A stretch of 64,000 nt of DNA, from contig NC_135763.1 of assembly GCF_052425735.1 (NCBI RefSeq), forward strand, positions 21,080,001 through 21,144,000, in the 5' to 3' direction. A program made the position numbers and the translations under genes. Each line of letters starts with the position of its first letter. Within the stretch, counting starts at the first letter, position 1. The notes beneath the pieces are model-generated. The model ran no database searches and had not been told where the DNA came from. It worked only from the letters and a program-made list of their open reading frames with translations. Shown one piece after another: positions 39,461 to 52,500 of the stretch. Origin of the DNA: Oculina patagonica (lineage: Eukaryota).

Positions 39461-39525
39461 GTCGGAGCCGGGAATCGAGCCCAGGACCTCCTGCTTCCAA
39501 GGCTAACGCCCTATCCGCGAGGCAG
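39461..39525 (-). pseudogene. tRNA-derived fragment (SINE head or pseudo-tRNA)
   Basis: Minus strand GCGGATAGGGCGTTAGCCTTGGAAGCAGGAGGTCCTGGGCTCGATTCCCGGCTCCGAC: T-arm/B-box-like GGCTCGATTCC and variable loop GAGGTC. Acceptor and anticodon stems are imperfect. Confidence 0.5.
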
Positions 39526-41201
39526 AATTTGCTAGGACGACCATATTCAAACGATTTGTGATAGCAAATGCAATGCGCGGAGCCATCGTGCAGATACAAA
39601 ACACAAACGTTCACACGCCCAGGCCAATGCGCGGAGCAATTCCAAGAGCTCAAGATTTGCGTTTCGCCACAGTTTCGCGCGATCGACCCACCGGATCCTA
39701 CGAGAGGGTTCATCCGGCTAAATCAAGATGTGCGTTTCGCTACAGCGGCGTGCCATCGAAAATGTCAGGATGTGCGTTTCGCTACAGCGGCGTGCACAGG
39801 AAGTGATGAAATGAGCGCATAGCGTCGGCAGTCGCCCGCGGCATACAAAAATCATCGTTTCACCACGGTTTCGAACGTCCGACCAGCACGAAGTGACGAA
39901 AGGGTTCCCCGTCCAGCCGGGGTTTGGCGGGAGCGACATATAAATTTGGAGTCAAAATCACGTCAGCATGAAGCCCATGCGCAATTCATACGGTATACAC
40001 AACGATTTCGCCGGGGTTGGCAGGGGTGACATATAAATTTACGATCAAGATAAATCAACATGAAGCCCACGCGCAGTGCATCACGGTATACACAACGATT
40101 TCGCCGGGGTTGTAGCGGAGGTGACATACAAATTTACAATCAAAATGAAGCCCACGCGCAATTTTATACGGTATACACAACGATTTCTGCGAGATCGGTG
40201 GCGGACTGAGAGGGGTGTATATTAATAAGGAACAGAGATGGGGAAATGGCGGTTTTCGTGGGAAAATGCCAAAACTCTTCATTTTTTACAGATGTTTGGA
40301 CAAGACAATGTTTGTTTCGCTGTAGCGACAATCACATGTTTTTTCGAAATCCGCGCGACTGCAGGGCGCAGTTTCCGGCCGCCGGGATGATTTTGCTTTT
40401 AGTATGCATGTACGCTTTGCTTATATCTCTTCATGCTTGTACAGTTATATACCAATTTGCTCGCACCCTCATATGTTCAATACTGCATATACACATATGT
40501 GGAATCGTATCCTTATTTGTCAATATACCGATACAATTATGGATCGTTATGTATTTTTTCAATGCCTTCAATATTCTTACGTATTCTCTATCCTTGTCGA
40601 TTTATACTCAAGTTTTCTTAGACTATGCAAACTTGTGCACTTGTATACTGATGTACTACTCCCTCAAGATACGCATGAGTATACAACCCATAATGATATG
40701 TAATATGCATATAGTATCATGTCCTCGTACACCTTTGAGCTTAAATACTTCGTTTGAAATACTTGAATATTATTTGATACTCTTGTCCCTGATACACCTC
40801 TACACTTATAACACTGATTAATGTACCTTTATCCATTTCTCGTTCTGCATGTTCCCTTCTTACTTAACGCGTATACTCATACTGGTACCTCCATACTAGT
40901 GTTTACATACTGGCATACTCTTATACTTGTGCCTACATACTGATATATTCGTATCTACTTATCCGTATTATACTTATGTATGACTTACATTCATGCTTAC
41001 ACTTAGATTCATACATGTACTCACACCTTCCACTTCATTCTTTGTAGTTTACATGTCAAACTGCTTATACTTCTATTTCACCGCAGTTGATTGGTGGTTA
41101 GGATGATCATCACCAAAATTTGTTTCTATTTTTGGCATGTCGAAGTTAATCAGCCGTTTTTGTAGCACTATTTCTTTGGGAACTCATGGCATTTCCCCAA
41201 G

Positions 41202-44200
41202 GCCTCCGCTGTGGCATCAGGTCCGGCGCAGCAGGCGTGGACATATTGTTGATGGAAGAAATCCTGCAACACATGGCATTGCAAATGGTATTGTATTAAC
41301 TGGTTACCCTAATGTTTGTCCATCAGCAGTAATGGGTATAGAAATATATACATATCGTAAAGATGTTTGTTTGTATGTGCTACTTTATCTATGCACACAT
41401 CGACCTTGCTTGGCTTTTCGCACGATGGTTGATGAATTATATGGATTGTAGTCTTAAGATCAACACGCAAGGAGAACACTCTGTTTCGCAGGCTTGTGCG
41501 TATAGGAAATCAGACCAATGGCAGTGGAAAATTTAAACCTGAGCTTTTAACATGCACATGCAAAAATTTGCATTGATCATAATCCACAATGAACAGCTAC
41601 TGTGACTGATGCAATCGTTTAACCTTGTGCCTTGAAGAATGCTTCTAGTTGTCGCAGTACTTGTAGAATCAGGGACTCATTCCGGGCGGTTGGATTCCAA
41701 GGTAGGCAAGATGCAAACCTCGTTTTTTTGTTTTTTAATCCTGCCGTTTGAGACTCATCGACTCATCTCAATCGCGTTGAGCTTGTCAAGGCGACATTCA
41801 GCAACCAAACTGCATCCTTGGCTGTAGCAGGGGCAGCCGTGGCTGCACTCGCATGCGAAGTGGTCGCAAGAGTCTATCAGGGAGTGAATCAAAGATATTG
41901 TGATGAAAGCAACGTCGTTTTTAGAATACATGAATTTTTGGGTGAATGATGCAAACGTCACACAAAAATACCACAAAGAAGTAGTTCACCGCGGAATTCA
42001 GGGAAAGGTGACAGCTGGAATTGGCTGGGACGGCACACCTCTCAGCCACCTGGACAGGTCATTGGAAATGTGAAGCCACAGTTGGTGTGCCTGGCTTGTG
42101 GGGAAGTTGGATACAGTGGTTCCTGCCCCATGAACTGCAACAAAACCTTTGGTTGATTGGTTTATGTAGAGGATTCTACTCCGGACCTCTCATGAAATTA
42201 CCCATGATGCAACGAGTAGGGCTGGAATTCATTTTTTTTTCATGTGTTGCTTGATTTTTGGTTGTTCACCATGAAGAAGGATTGATGACACAGCTGCATA
42301 GCCTCACATAGCAACAAACTCCTGACTTCGCAGACTGGCAAAACAAGGAATGTCTTTTTTTCTTCACTGTGCAAACGGTAGACTGCCTTTGCATGTAAGC
42401 ATGGGAAGGGAGTCAGTGAATCAGGGTATCTCAGCTCCAAAGTCTCTTGTGAGGGAACTGAAAGCTTCATCTTTGGGAAAGAATTATCATGGCAGGAACT
42501 CTTTTTAGGGAGTGTCAAACTCGGCACAATTCCTTTATTCATTTATATTGGCACTCTTGGATTTGGAAAGCAGTTTTGTAGTGTTTATTGAAGAGAAGCT
42601 TTGCTGCAGTCCAATTTGCTAATTTTCCAAAGGGTTCAGTTGACAGACCAGCTTTCAATTACTTGGAGAATGCGACTGACAAACACAAGACAGCATGATC
42701 GCCTTTTTATTGGGTTCTGAACTGGAAAAGGATCTGTCATGCCATCAAGTCAGATGAAGAATGAGCCAGAGTAGGTGGACTATCCTTGAATCCAGTCACA
42801 AGAAGTCTTTCAACATTTCAACTGCACTTCTAGTCTGCCTCAGAATATTTTGTATTCATACACTGCGCACAAATATTCATTAAACATTGTCAGAGCATTC
42901 ATATGTATTTATATATATATATATTATTATATATTATATAGATCATTTGAGTACTTTACAACTTTTGTTGTTCGTTTGATAACATGAAAATCACCCTGCT
43001 AAACCATGTGCCTCATGACAGGTGACGATGATGGCTTTTGAGAATGAGCTGGGTGTGCAAGCTCCTGTGGGTTTCTGGGATCCAGCTGGGCTTTCTTCAG
43101 ATGGCAGTGTTGAGGACTTCCAAGCGACGTCGTCAGACTGAGCTGGAGCATGGTCGCATTGCTATGCTCGCAACAATGGGATATATCACGCCAGAAATCA
43201 CTGGCAAATTCCCTGGCTACTTGTCTCCTTCTGCTGGCTTGAAGTTTGCGGATGTGCCCAATGGACTTGCCGCAATCTCTAAAGTTCCAGCCGCAGGTTG
43301 GGGTCAGATTTTGGCCTACATGGCCTTCTGCGAAGTTTCCCAGGACCAGTCTGCTTGGAACTCCTGCTGCAGCTGGTGACTTTGGCTGGAAGCTCATCAC
43401 ATCTACTGATCCGGAGGTCAAGAAAACCAAGCTTTAATGCGGAGTTGGCAAACGGGAGACTGGCGATGATGGCCATCATTGGCATGTTCTTCCAGGCATA
43501 AATCGCTGCAACGTTGGTTCTTTGTGAGGTTGTATAGTGTTTTCCAAGTTGTCTAAATGCTGGCAAGTATATCATTGTTATTCATACCAGTTGAACTACT
43601 TTTGCCAGTACTACATATGTGTCAAATCAGAGATGAACATATTCTCGTTGAGTACTTGCTCTGTGAGTCACTTTTCTTGGTTGATGCTATCAAGCGGGCT
43701 TGCATTTCACTTCGGTTTTCATTTCGGCCAAGGCAGCAACAAACTGCATTGTTGACATGCATGCCTTCTGATGTCATTCAGTAGCTATTAGCTGTCGTTT
43801 GAATGCAGGATGGTCTGACTGGCAGCGCCTGGGGTGATTGGGCCAATTACACTGCTTCTCCTTTGCGAGCATTCGAGAACGAGTTGGGTGTGCAAGAACC
43901 TGTGGGATTCTGGGACCCCGTTGGATTTACAGCTGACGGCGATGTGGCTGCTTTCAAGCGCCGTCGCTCCGTTGAGCTGAAGCATGGAAGGATCTCGATG
44001 ATGGCCACCATGGGTGCTTTGGACAGAATGGTCATGCTATTATATGTTGTTCATGATTAATTCATATCATTAATGATTTACTTTGCTTGGTAGTTGCGAT
44101 CACAAGTGAAATCTGCCTTTTGACACATGTTCGATCTTAGTTGCATTCATTGTCATTTTGCTTCGTGGTTGCAATGGTGTTGGACCAATCGTATCATTTG

Positions 44201-47200
44201 TTGGCAAGGATATATCACTCCAGAAGTCGTTGGCAAGCTGTGCTGGACTCAGCAATTTCAATTTCGATTTTGTGATGCAGATACCCTGCAAGTTCCAAGA
44301 CATGATTTGTTCAAACTTGTTGCAGGCATGGTTGTGCATTTGCAAAGCTTTTCAGCTGAGGCCAGGCTTCTTGTCTCCATCCGCAGGCCTGAAGTTCGCT
44401 GACATCCCCAATGGACTTGCAGCAGTTTCCAAGGTGCCAGTTGCTGGATGGGCTCAGATTGCTGCCTACTTTGGCTTTGTTGAGTTCAGCGGTGGCTTCG
44501 ATGACTACAAGACTGGCACCCCAGGTGACTATGGCTTCAAGGTCTTGACTTCCTCCGACCCTGAGGAGAAGACGAAGAAGCTTTCAGCAGAGCTGGCGAA
44601 TGGCCGATTGGCTATGATGGCCATCATCGGAATGTTCTTTCAGGACCTGGAAGATTACAATTGGCATGTTCTTTCAGGTGATGAAGAGTGCAGGGTAAAG
44701 GGTGAAGGGTGAAGCAGGATGAGATATCACATATCAACATTATCAACTATAGTTGTTTAGTAGTGTTTGTTACAGACACATGATGTTTCTTACCAAACAT
44801 TTGATGTATGTGTTCTTCTGATTTTTGCATGGTAGATGCAACACGGATGCATGTAGAGAACCTTGCTATGCACTATCAAGGCCTGTCAAGGGCTTCACGG
44901 TACAATTTTCTTTATTTATGTTCATCCTCTTTCACACTATGTACTGTATGGTATGGTATGCAGTCTTTTGGTCATTCGTTGGGTGAACTGGTCAAGTGTC
45001 ACTTACTCCACGCAGGATGGCTTGACTGGCAGTGCCTGGGGTGATTGGGCCAACTACACTGCTTCTCCTTTGCGTGCCTTTGAGAATGAGCTGGGTGTGC
45101 AGGCTCCTGTGGGTTTCTGGGATCCAGCTGGGCTCTCTTCAGATGGCAGTGTTGAGGACTTCAAGCGACGTCGTCAGACTGAGCTGAAGCATGGTCGCAT
45201 TTCTATGCTCGCAACAATGGGATATATCACGCCAGAAATCACTGGCAAATTCCCTGGCTACTTGTCTCCTTCTGCTGGCTTGAAGTTTGCAGATGTGCCC
45301 AATGGTCTTGCCGCAATCTCTAAAGTGCCAGCCGCAGGTTGGGGTCAGATTTTGGCCTACATGGCCTTCTGCGAAGTTTCCCAGGACCAGTCTGCTGGAA
45401 CTCCTGCTGCAGCTGGTGACTTTGGCTGGAAGCTCATCACATCTACTGATCCGGAGGTCAAGAAAACAAAGCTCAATGCAGAGTTGGCAAACGGAAGACT
45501 GGCGATGATGGCCATCATTGGCATGTTCTTTCAGGTGATGAAGAGTGAAGGGCAAAGGGTGAAGGGTGAAGCAGGATGAGATATCACATATCAACATTAT
45601 CAATATAGTTATTTAGTAGTGTTTGTTACAGACACATGATGTGTCTTACCAAACATTTGATGTATGTGTTTTTCTGATTTTTGCATGGTAGATGCAACAC
45701 GGATGCATGTAGAGGCCCTTGCTATGCACTATCAAGGCCTGTCAAGGGCTTCAATGTACAATTTTCATTTATGTTCATCCTCTTTCACACTATGTACTGT
45801 ATGGTATGGTATGCAGTCTTTTGGTCATTCTATTTGGGTGAACTGGTCAAGGGTCACTTACTCCACGCAGGATGGCTTGACTGGCAGTGCCTGGGGTGAT
45901 TGGGCCAACTACACTGCTTCTCCTTTGCGTGCCTTTGAGAATGAGCTGGGTGTGCAGGCTCCTGTGGGTTTCTGGGATCCAGCTGGGCTCTCTTCAGATG
46001 GCAGTGTTGAGGACTTCAAGCGACGTCGTCAGACTGAGCTGAAGCATGGTCGCATTTCTATGCTCGCAACAATGGGATATATCACGCCAGAAATCACTGG
46101 CAAATTCCCTGGCTACTTGTCTCCTTCTGCTGGCTTGAAGTTTGCAGATGTGCCCAATGGTCTTGCCGCAATCTCTAAAGTGCCAGCCGCAGGTTGGGGT
46201 CAGATTTTGGCCTACATGGCCTTCTGCGAAGTTTCCCAGGACCAGTCTGCTGGAACTCCTGCTGCAGCTGGTGACTTTGGATGGAAGCTCATCACATCTA
46301 CTGATCCGGAGGTCAAGAAAACAAAGCTCAATGCAGAGTTGGCAAACGGAAGACTGGCGATGATGGCCATCATTGGCATGTTCTTTCAGGTGATGAAGGG
46401 TGAAGGGTAAAGGGTGAAGGGTGAAGCAGGATGAGATATCACATATCAGCATTATCAATATAGTTATTTAGTAGTGTTTGTTACAGACACATGATGTGTC
46501 TTACCAAACATTTGATGTATGTGTTTTTCTGATTTTTGCATGGTAGATGCAACACGGATGCATGTAGAGAACCTTGCTATGCACTATCAAGGCCTGTCAA
46601 GGGCTTCAATGTACAATTTTCATTAATGTTCATCCTCTTTCACACTATGTACTGTATGGTATGGTATGCATTCTTTTGGTCATTCGTTGGGTGAACTGGT
46701 CAAGTGTCACTTACCTCCACGCAGGATGGCTTGACTGGCAGTGCCTGGGGTGATTGGGCCAACTACACTGCTTCTCCTTTGCGTGCCTTTGAGAATGAGC
46801 TGGGTGTGCAGGCTCCTGTGGGTTTCTGGGATCCAGCTGGGCTCTCTTCAGATGGCAGTGTTGAGGACTTCAAGCGACGTCGTCAGACTGAGTTGAAGCA
46901 TGGTCGCATTTCTATGCTCGCAACAATGGGATATATCACCCCAGAAATCACTGGCAAATTCCCTGGCTACTTGTCTCCTTCTGCTGGCTTGAAGTTTGCA
47001 GATGTGCCCAATGGTCTTGCCGCAATCTCCAAAGTGCCAGCAGCAGGTTGGGGTCAGATTTTGGCCTACATGGCCTTCTGCGAAGTTTCCCAGGACCAGT
47101 CTGCTGGAACTCCTGCTGCAGCTGGTGACTTTGGCTGGAAGCTCATCACATCTACTGATCCGGAGGTCAAGAAAACTAAGCTCAATGCGGAGTTGGCAAA

Positions 47201-48620
47201 CGGAAGACTGGCGATGATGGCCATCATTGGCATGTTCTTTCAGGTGATGATGAGTGAAGGGTAAAGGGTGAAGGGTGAAGCAGGGATGAGGATATCAGAT
47301 ATCAACATTATCAATATAGTTATTTAGTAGTGTTTGTTACAGACACATGATGTGTCTTACCAAACATTTGATGTATTTTTTCTGATTTTTGCATGGTAGA
47401 TGCAACACAGATGCATGTAGAGAACCTTGCTATGCACTATCAAGGCCTGTCAAGGGCTTCAATGTACAATTTTCATTAATGTTCATCCTCTTTCACACTA
47501 TGTACTGTATGGTATGGTATGCAGTCTTTTGGTCATTCTTTGGGTGAACTGGTCAAGTGTCACTTACCCTCCACGCAGGATGGCTTGACTGGCAGTGCCT
47601 GGGGTGATTGGGCCAACTACACTGCTTCTCCTTTGCGTGCCTTTGAGAATGAGCTGGGTGTGCAGGCTCCTGTGGGTTTCTGGGATCCAGCTGGGCTCTC
47701 TTCAGATGGCAGTGTTGAGGACTTCAAGCGACGTCGTCAGACTGAGCTGAAGCATGGTCGCATTTCTATGCTCGCAACAATGGGATATATCACCCCAGAA
47801 ATCACTGGCAAGTTCCCTGGCTACTTGTCTCCTTCTGCTGGCTTGAAGTTTGCAGATGTGCCCAATGGTCTTGCCGCAATCTCTAAAGTGCCAGCCGCAG
47901 GTTGGGGTCAGATTTTGGCCTACATGGCCTTCTGCGAAGTTTCCCAGGACCAGTCTGCTGGAACTCCTGCTGCAGCTGGTGACTTTGGCTGGAAGCTCAT
48001 CACATCTACTGATCCGGAGGTCAAGAAAACTAAGCTCAATGCAGAGTTGGCAAACGGAAGATTGGCGATGATGGCCATCATTGGCATGTTCTTTCAGGTG
48101 ATGAAGAGTGAAGGGTAAGGGGTGAAGGGTGATGGGTGATGGGTGAATGTTGAAGCAAGCTCAGATATCGGTCCATCAGTTGTATAAATAAGTGATCTAG
48201 TGATAGTCTTTGACAATTGTTGATGTTTGTTTCAGAAGATGGTGTAAGCGAAGGGTGTTCAATCTCACAAGGGCTGATAGTGATTTGAGAATATTTGCAT
48301 TGCTTACGAAGCACTTACCGGAATGGAGCGGCAATGTTTATCTATGGTAGAAACCTTGTAGGTCCAAACAGTGGGTGAAATGCTTTCATAGGAAATGCAT
48401 GGAACATGCCTGAATGCCTTGCCGTGCGAAGGTACGAATTCTAGCAGGAAACCCATGGCTTTCTTGGCTTTCCAAACTTGAGACATCCCCATGTAGCTCT
48501 GTGTTTTGTCAGTGTTTAGGTAAGCTTATGGCCTGTGTTCTGCTGACTCTCTCGCAGGATGGCCTCACTGGAAGTGCATGGGGTGATTGGGCCAACTACA
48601 CTGCCTCTCCTTTGCGCTGA
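41202..48620 (+). CDS. Dinoflagellate light-harvesting (chlorophyll a/c2-peridinin, acpPC-type LHC) polyprotein gene 1; six domains; first two leader exons lie outside the segment
   Basis: Exons 41202-41234, 41791-~41870, 43022-43495, 43809-44013, 44209-44239, 44361-44643, 45016-45534, 45871-46389, 46725-47243, 47579-48097, 48558-48620. LHC motifs GFWDPAG, ELKHGRISMLA, ELANGRLAMMA; SPLR|A linkers. Three +1 insertions in the first domain. Confidence 0.92.
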
Positions 48621-49257
48621 GCAGACCATGGCAAACCATTGCAAGATACAATTCAATGAGCAAGGATCGGACCGATCTTATCGATCCTTCTATCTCCATT
48701 GACATTCTTGTGCAGGTCTTGGAGTTTAGGTTTGGGAACGTCGGGAAATCTCGGCAATCGCTTTAAAAAGTGGCTGTTCAGGAGGTACTGTCGATGGAAA
48801 AAAACCGGCAAACCCTGTTATCCTATGAACATCCGACTCATTGAGTCAATTTACAATATATATATATACAACCATCCCAAATGGCCAAATGGTGAAGGTT
48901 TTCCATCAACAGTATGCAGCAATATCTCGCAGTCATGTGTATCTGTTTCATGTGTTTTTGGTAGTCTTGAGATGCTTTCGAGTATCTGAACGTGTTTGCG
49001 AGTTTTTTTTCCAATGCAAGAAACTTTCTGGCATGCAAGATGTTTTTTGAATTTCCACCAAGTGACATTGGAAGTTCAAATGTTGAAGAGCGTTTTGCCA
49101 TAACATAGTATGTGTATGATTCGATTGAGAACCTTTAGTTTTATTTGAGACGAGGTCTAAGGTGGAGATGTTTTTATGACATGGGAGATCAGACACGTAA
49201 AATGATTGTACAAAATCTCAAGCCAACTGGCCAACTGCTCCAAATTGCAACGGTTGT

Positions 49258-49267
49258 ATTTTGGCTC
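49258..49267 (+). promoter_or_regulatory. Relic dinoflagellate spliced-leader fragment in the putative 5'-UTR exon (second copy at 59735-59744)
   Basis: ATTTTGGCTC matches 10 nt of DinoSL (DCCGTAGCCATTTTGGCTCAAG). Followed by a CAG|GTAAG donor at 49313/14 and an acceptor at 49590, just before ATG 49592. Confidence 0.5.
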
Positions 49268-49591
49268 CGGAACAACACCGACTCAGAATTTTAATTTCTT
49301 TAAGGCTGTGCAGGTAAGACACCTTGCATTTTTGGCCAGTTTCCTTTCCGAACTCTTTTTTAAAGGAACGATCTACGACTCTGGCAGCAGTTTAACCTTC
49401 AAGGTGTTCTTCATGTTTCAGGAGAGCTCCAGCAAGTCTCGTTTATGAATCAAGGTTGCACATACAAACAGATGCGAGTGTTCTTCATGGACCTCCAAAT
49501 AAGGGTTACGTAAGGCATTATGAAGGGACAAGCAGAGGCTGTGCTATTGTACTCCAGCGTTTTTTACTGTACTCCAACCTTTTATCTCAGG

Positions 49592-52500
49592 ATGGCATCT
49601 ATTTCTCGAAGCACTGTTGCTGCTGCCACAGGCGTTTCAGTGTTTCGTTTGGTGTGCAAATATATTGTCATATTTGTAGATGCATGTCTGTGGCTGGATA
49701 GGGAATTTTTGAGGCTGAATATGGGAAACACAGTACTAGATGCTTGGGGACTTGTGGTAGCTTGACGAACCTTTTTTTCCCAGTTTCGCAACTGGGGAAG
49801 TCAGAATGACACTTGACAAATTTCTATGTTGAATTTCTATGTGCTGAACCTTTCTGTTATGTACCTGGCTATTGGTCCCCAACGAACAGCCATCCTGAGG
49901 TGCAGCTGCTTTGACTTGGCGCCACCTCCTTTGTGGCTACAGGAACTCCAGCATCAACCAGTCACCTGCGAGTTGGGCTTGCCCAGACACCGATCCCATA
50001 GACATGGAAGATGGAGGCGGATAGATGGATGTCAAGATATCATGTTGCCATCGACTACAATTACCTATCTATTATTCATTGGTATTACTTCGACTACTTC
50101 GGCTACTGCTGCTAATATGATTGTTATTATCTAATTTATATCTATTTCTTTTTCCCTTTTCTCTTTTATTCTATATCTATCTCTGTTTTTGCATTTTTTT
50201 CTATTTCATAATTTTCCCAACTGTCATTCTCAACATCAGCATTCTTATCTCCATTCTCAGATGCTCTTGGGGTGATTTTCTGTATGAACAAAACATGGTT
50301 TGACCGTCATATGGCATATGGATGATTATCTTTCACACTTTTTGCCAGACCTTTTATGGATGAGAGAGGCGTGCCTTTATGGGTGTTTTCATTCATGTTG
50401 AATCTGCGGTGTGCACATCTTCTAGTTCACCCTTCCCGACTTCGACTTCGTTCACTCTTCTTTGGAGACCTTGGATGAACGAAACGTGCCCCGAGGCAAA
50501 TGAACTTTTTCGTTTAAGCATTTACCTGTGCTTTAGTAGCAGCCTTGTTGTTCCAATCGGCCTCTCTTTTGCACGTTCCTATCGCCAGCTTTCGTCCATT
50601 GCACTTGCACACATGGTTGATGCTACGCAACTCATGGGGGTGGGGGTGGGGTGGGGAAATGGCAGTTTTCTGTGGGAAAATGCCAAAACTCTTCACTTTT
50701 TACAGATGTTTGGGCAAGACAATGTTTGTTTGCGCTGTAGCGACAATCACATTTTTTTTGAAATCCGCGCGACTGCAGGCGCAGTTTCCGGGCCGCCGGG
50801 ATGATTTTGCTTGTGTACATGTACGCTTTGCTTGTATATCCTTTTAAAGTACAACTTGTACAGTTATATACCAATTTGCTCACACCCTCATATGTTCAAT
50901 ACTACATATACACATAGGTGGAATCATATACTTATTTGCCAATATACCGATACAATTATGGATCGTTATGTATTTTTTCAATGCCTTCAATATTCTTGAC
51001 GTATTCTTATCCTTGTCGATTTATATTCAAATTTTCTTAGACTATGCAAACTTGTGCACTTGTATACTGATGTACTACTCCCTCAAGATACGCATGAGTA
51101 TACAACCCATAATGATATGTAATATGCATATAGTATCATGTCCTCGTACACCTTTGAGCTGTAAATACTTCTGTTTGAAATACTTGAATATTAGTTGATA
51201 CTCTTGTCTGATACACCTCTACACTTATAACACTGATTAATGTACCTTTATCCATTTCTCGTTCTGCATGTTCCCTTCTTACTTCGCGCGTATACTCATA
51301 CTGGTACCTCCATACTGAGTGTTTACATACTGCATACTCTTATACTTGTGCCTACATACTGATATATTCGTATCTACTTATCCGTATTATACTTGTATGA
51401 CTTACATTCATGCTTACACTTAGATTCATACATGTACTCACACCTTCCACTTCATTCTTTGTAGTTTACATGTCAAACTGCTTATACTTCTATTTCACCG
51501 CAGTTGATTCTTGGTTGGGATGATCATCACCAAAATTTGTTTCTATTTTTGGCATGTCGCAGTTAATCAGCCGTTTTTTGTAGCACTATTTCTTTGGGAA
51601 CTCATGGCATTTCCCCAAGGCCTCCGCTGTGGCATCAGGTCCGGCGCAGCAGGCGTGGACATATTGTTGATGGAAGAAATCCTGCAACACATGGCATTGC
51701 AAATGGTATTGTATTAACTGGTTACCCTAATGTTTGTCCATCAACAGTATTAGGAATATAAATATATAAAGATATATCGTAAAGATGTTTGTTTGTATGT
51801 GCTACTTTATCTATGCACACATCGACCTTGCATTGGCTTTTCGCACGATGGGTGATGAATTATATGGATTGTAGTCTTAAGATCAACACGCAAGGATAAC
51901 ACCTCTGTTTCGCAGGCTTGTACGTATAGGAAATCAGACCAATGGCAGTGGAAAAATTTAAACCTGAGCTTTTAACATGCACATGCAAAAATTTACATTG
52001 ATCATAATCCACGATGAACAGCTACTGTGACTGATGCAATCATTTAACCTTGTGCCTTGAAGAATGCTTCTGGTGTCCTGTACTTGTAGAATCAGGGACT
52101 CATTCCGGGCGGTTAGTTCCAAGGTAGGCAGAGATGCAAACCTCGTTTTTTGTGTTTTTTTAATCCTGCTGTTTGAGACTCATCGACTCATCTCAATCGC
52201 GTTGAGCTTGTCAAAGGCAACATTCAGCAGCCAAACTGCATCCTTGGCTGTAGCAGGGGCAGCCAATGGCTGCACTCGCAGCGAGTGGTCGCAAGGTCTA
52301 TCAGGGAGTGAATCAAAGATATTGTGATGAAAGCAACGCCGTTTTTAGAATACATGAATTTTTGGGTGAATGATGCAAACGTCACACAAAAATACCACTA
52401 AGAAGTAGTTCACCGCGGAATTCAGGGAAAGGTGACAGCTGGAATTGGCTGGGACGGCACACCTCTCAGCCACCTGGACAGGTCATTGGAAATGTGAAGC

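Larger units (their letters stand above)
38757..40238 (-). mobile_element. Non-autonomous Helitron-like insertion, present in only one array unit
   Basis: Minus strand begins A|TCTCTGTTCCTTATTAATATA (40238) and ends in a short hairpin GGGCT..AGTCC, then GGCGT-CTAG|T (38757). No TIR or TSD. 38630-40238 is absent at the equivalent sites ~50650 and ~61118. Confidence 0.55.

Noticed and set aside
39461-39525. Functional tRNA
   Set aside because: Acceptor and anticodon stems do not pair properly, the T-loop is mutated, and it sits in a mobile insertion.
38795-39535. Low-complexity ORFs (CVFSLCFLSV / TENTDRKHR)
   Set aside because: Translations of a minisatellite.
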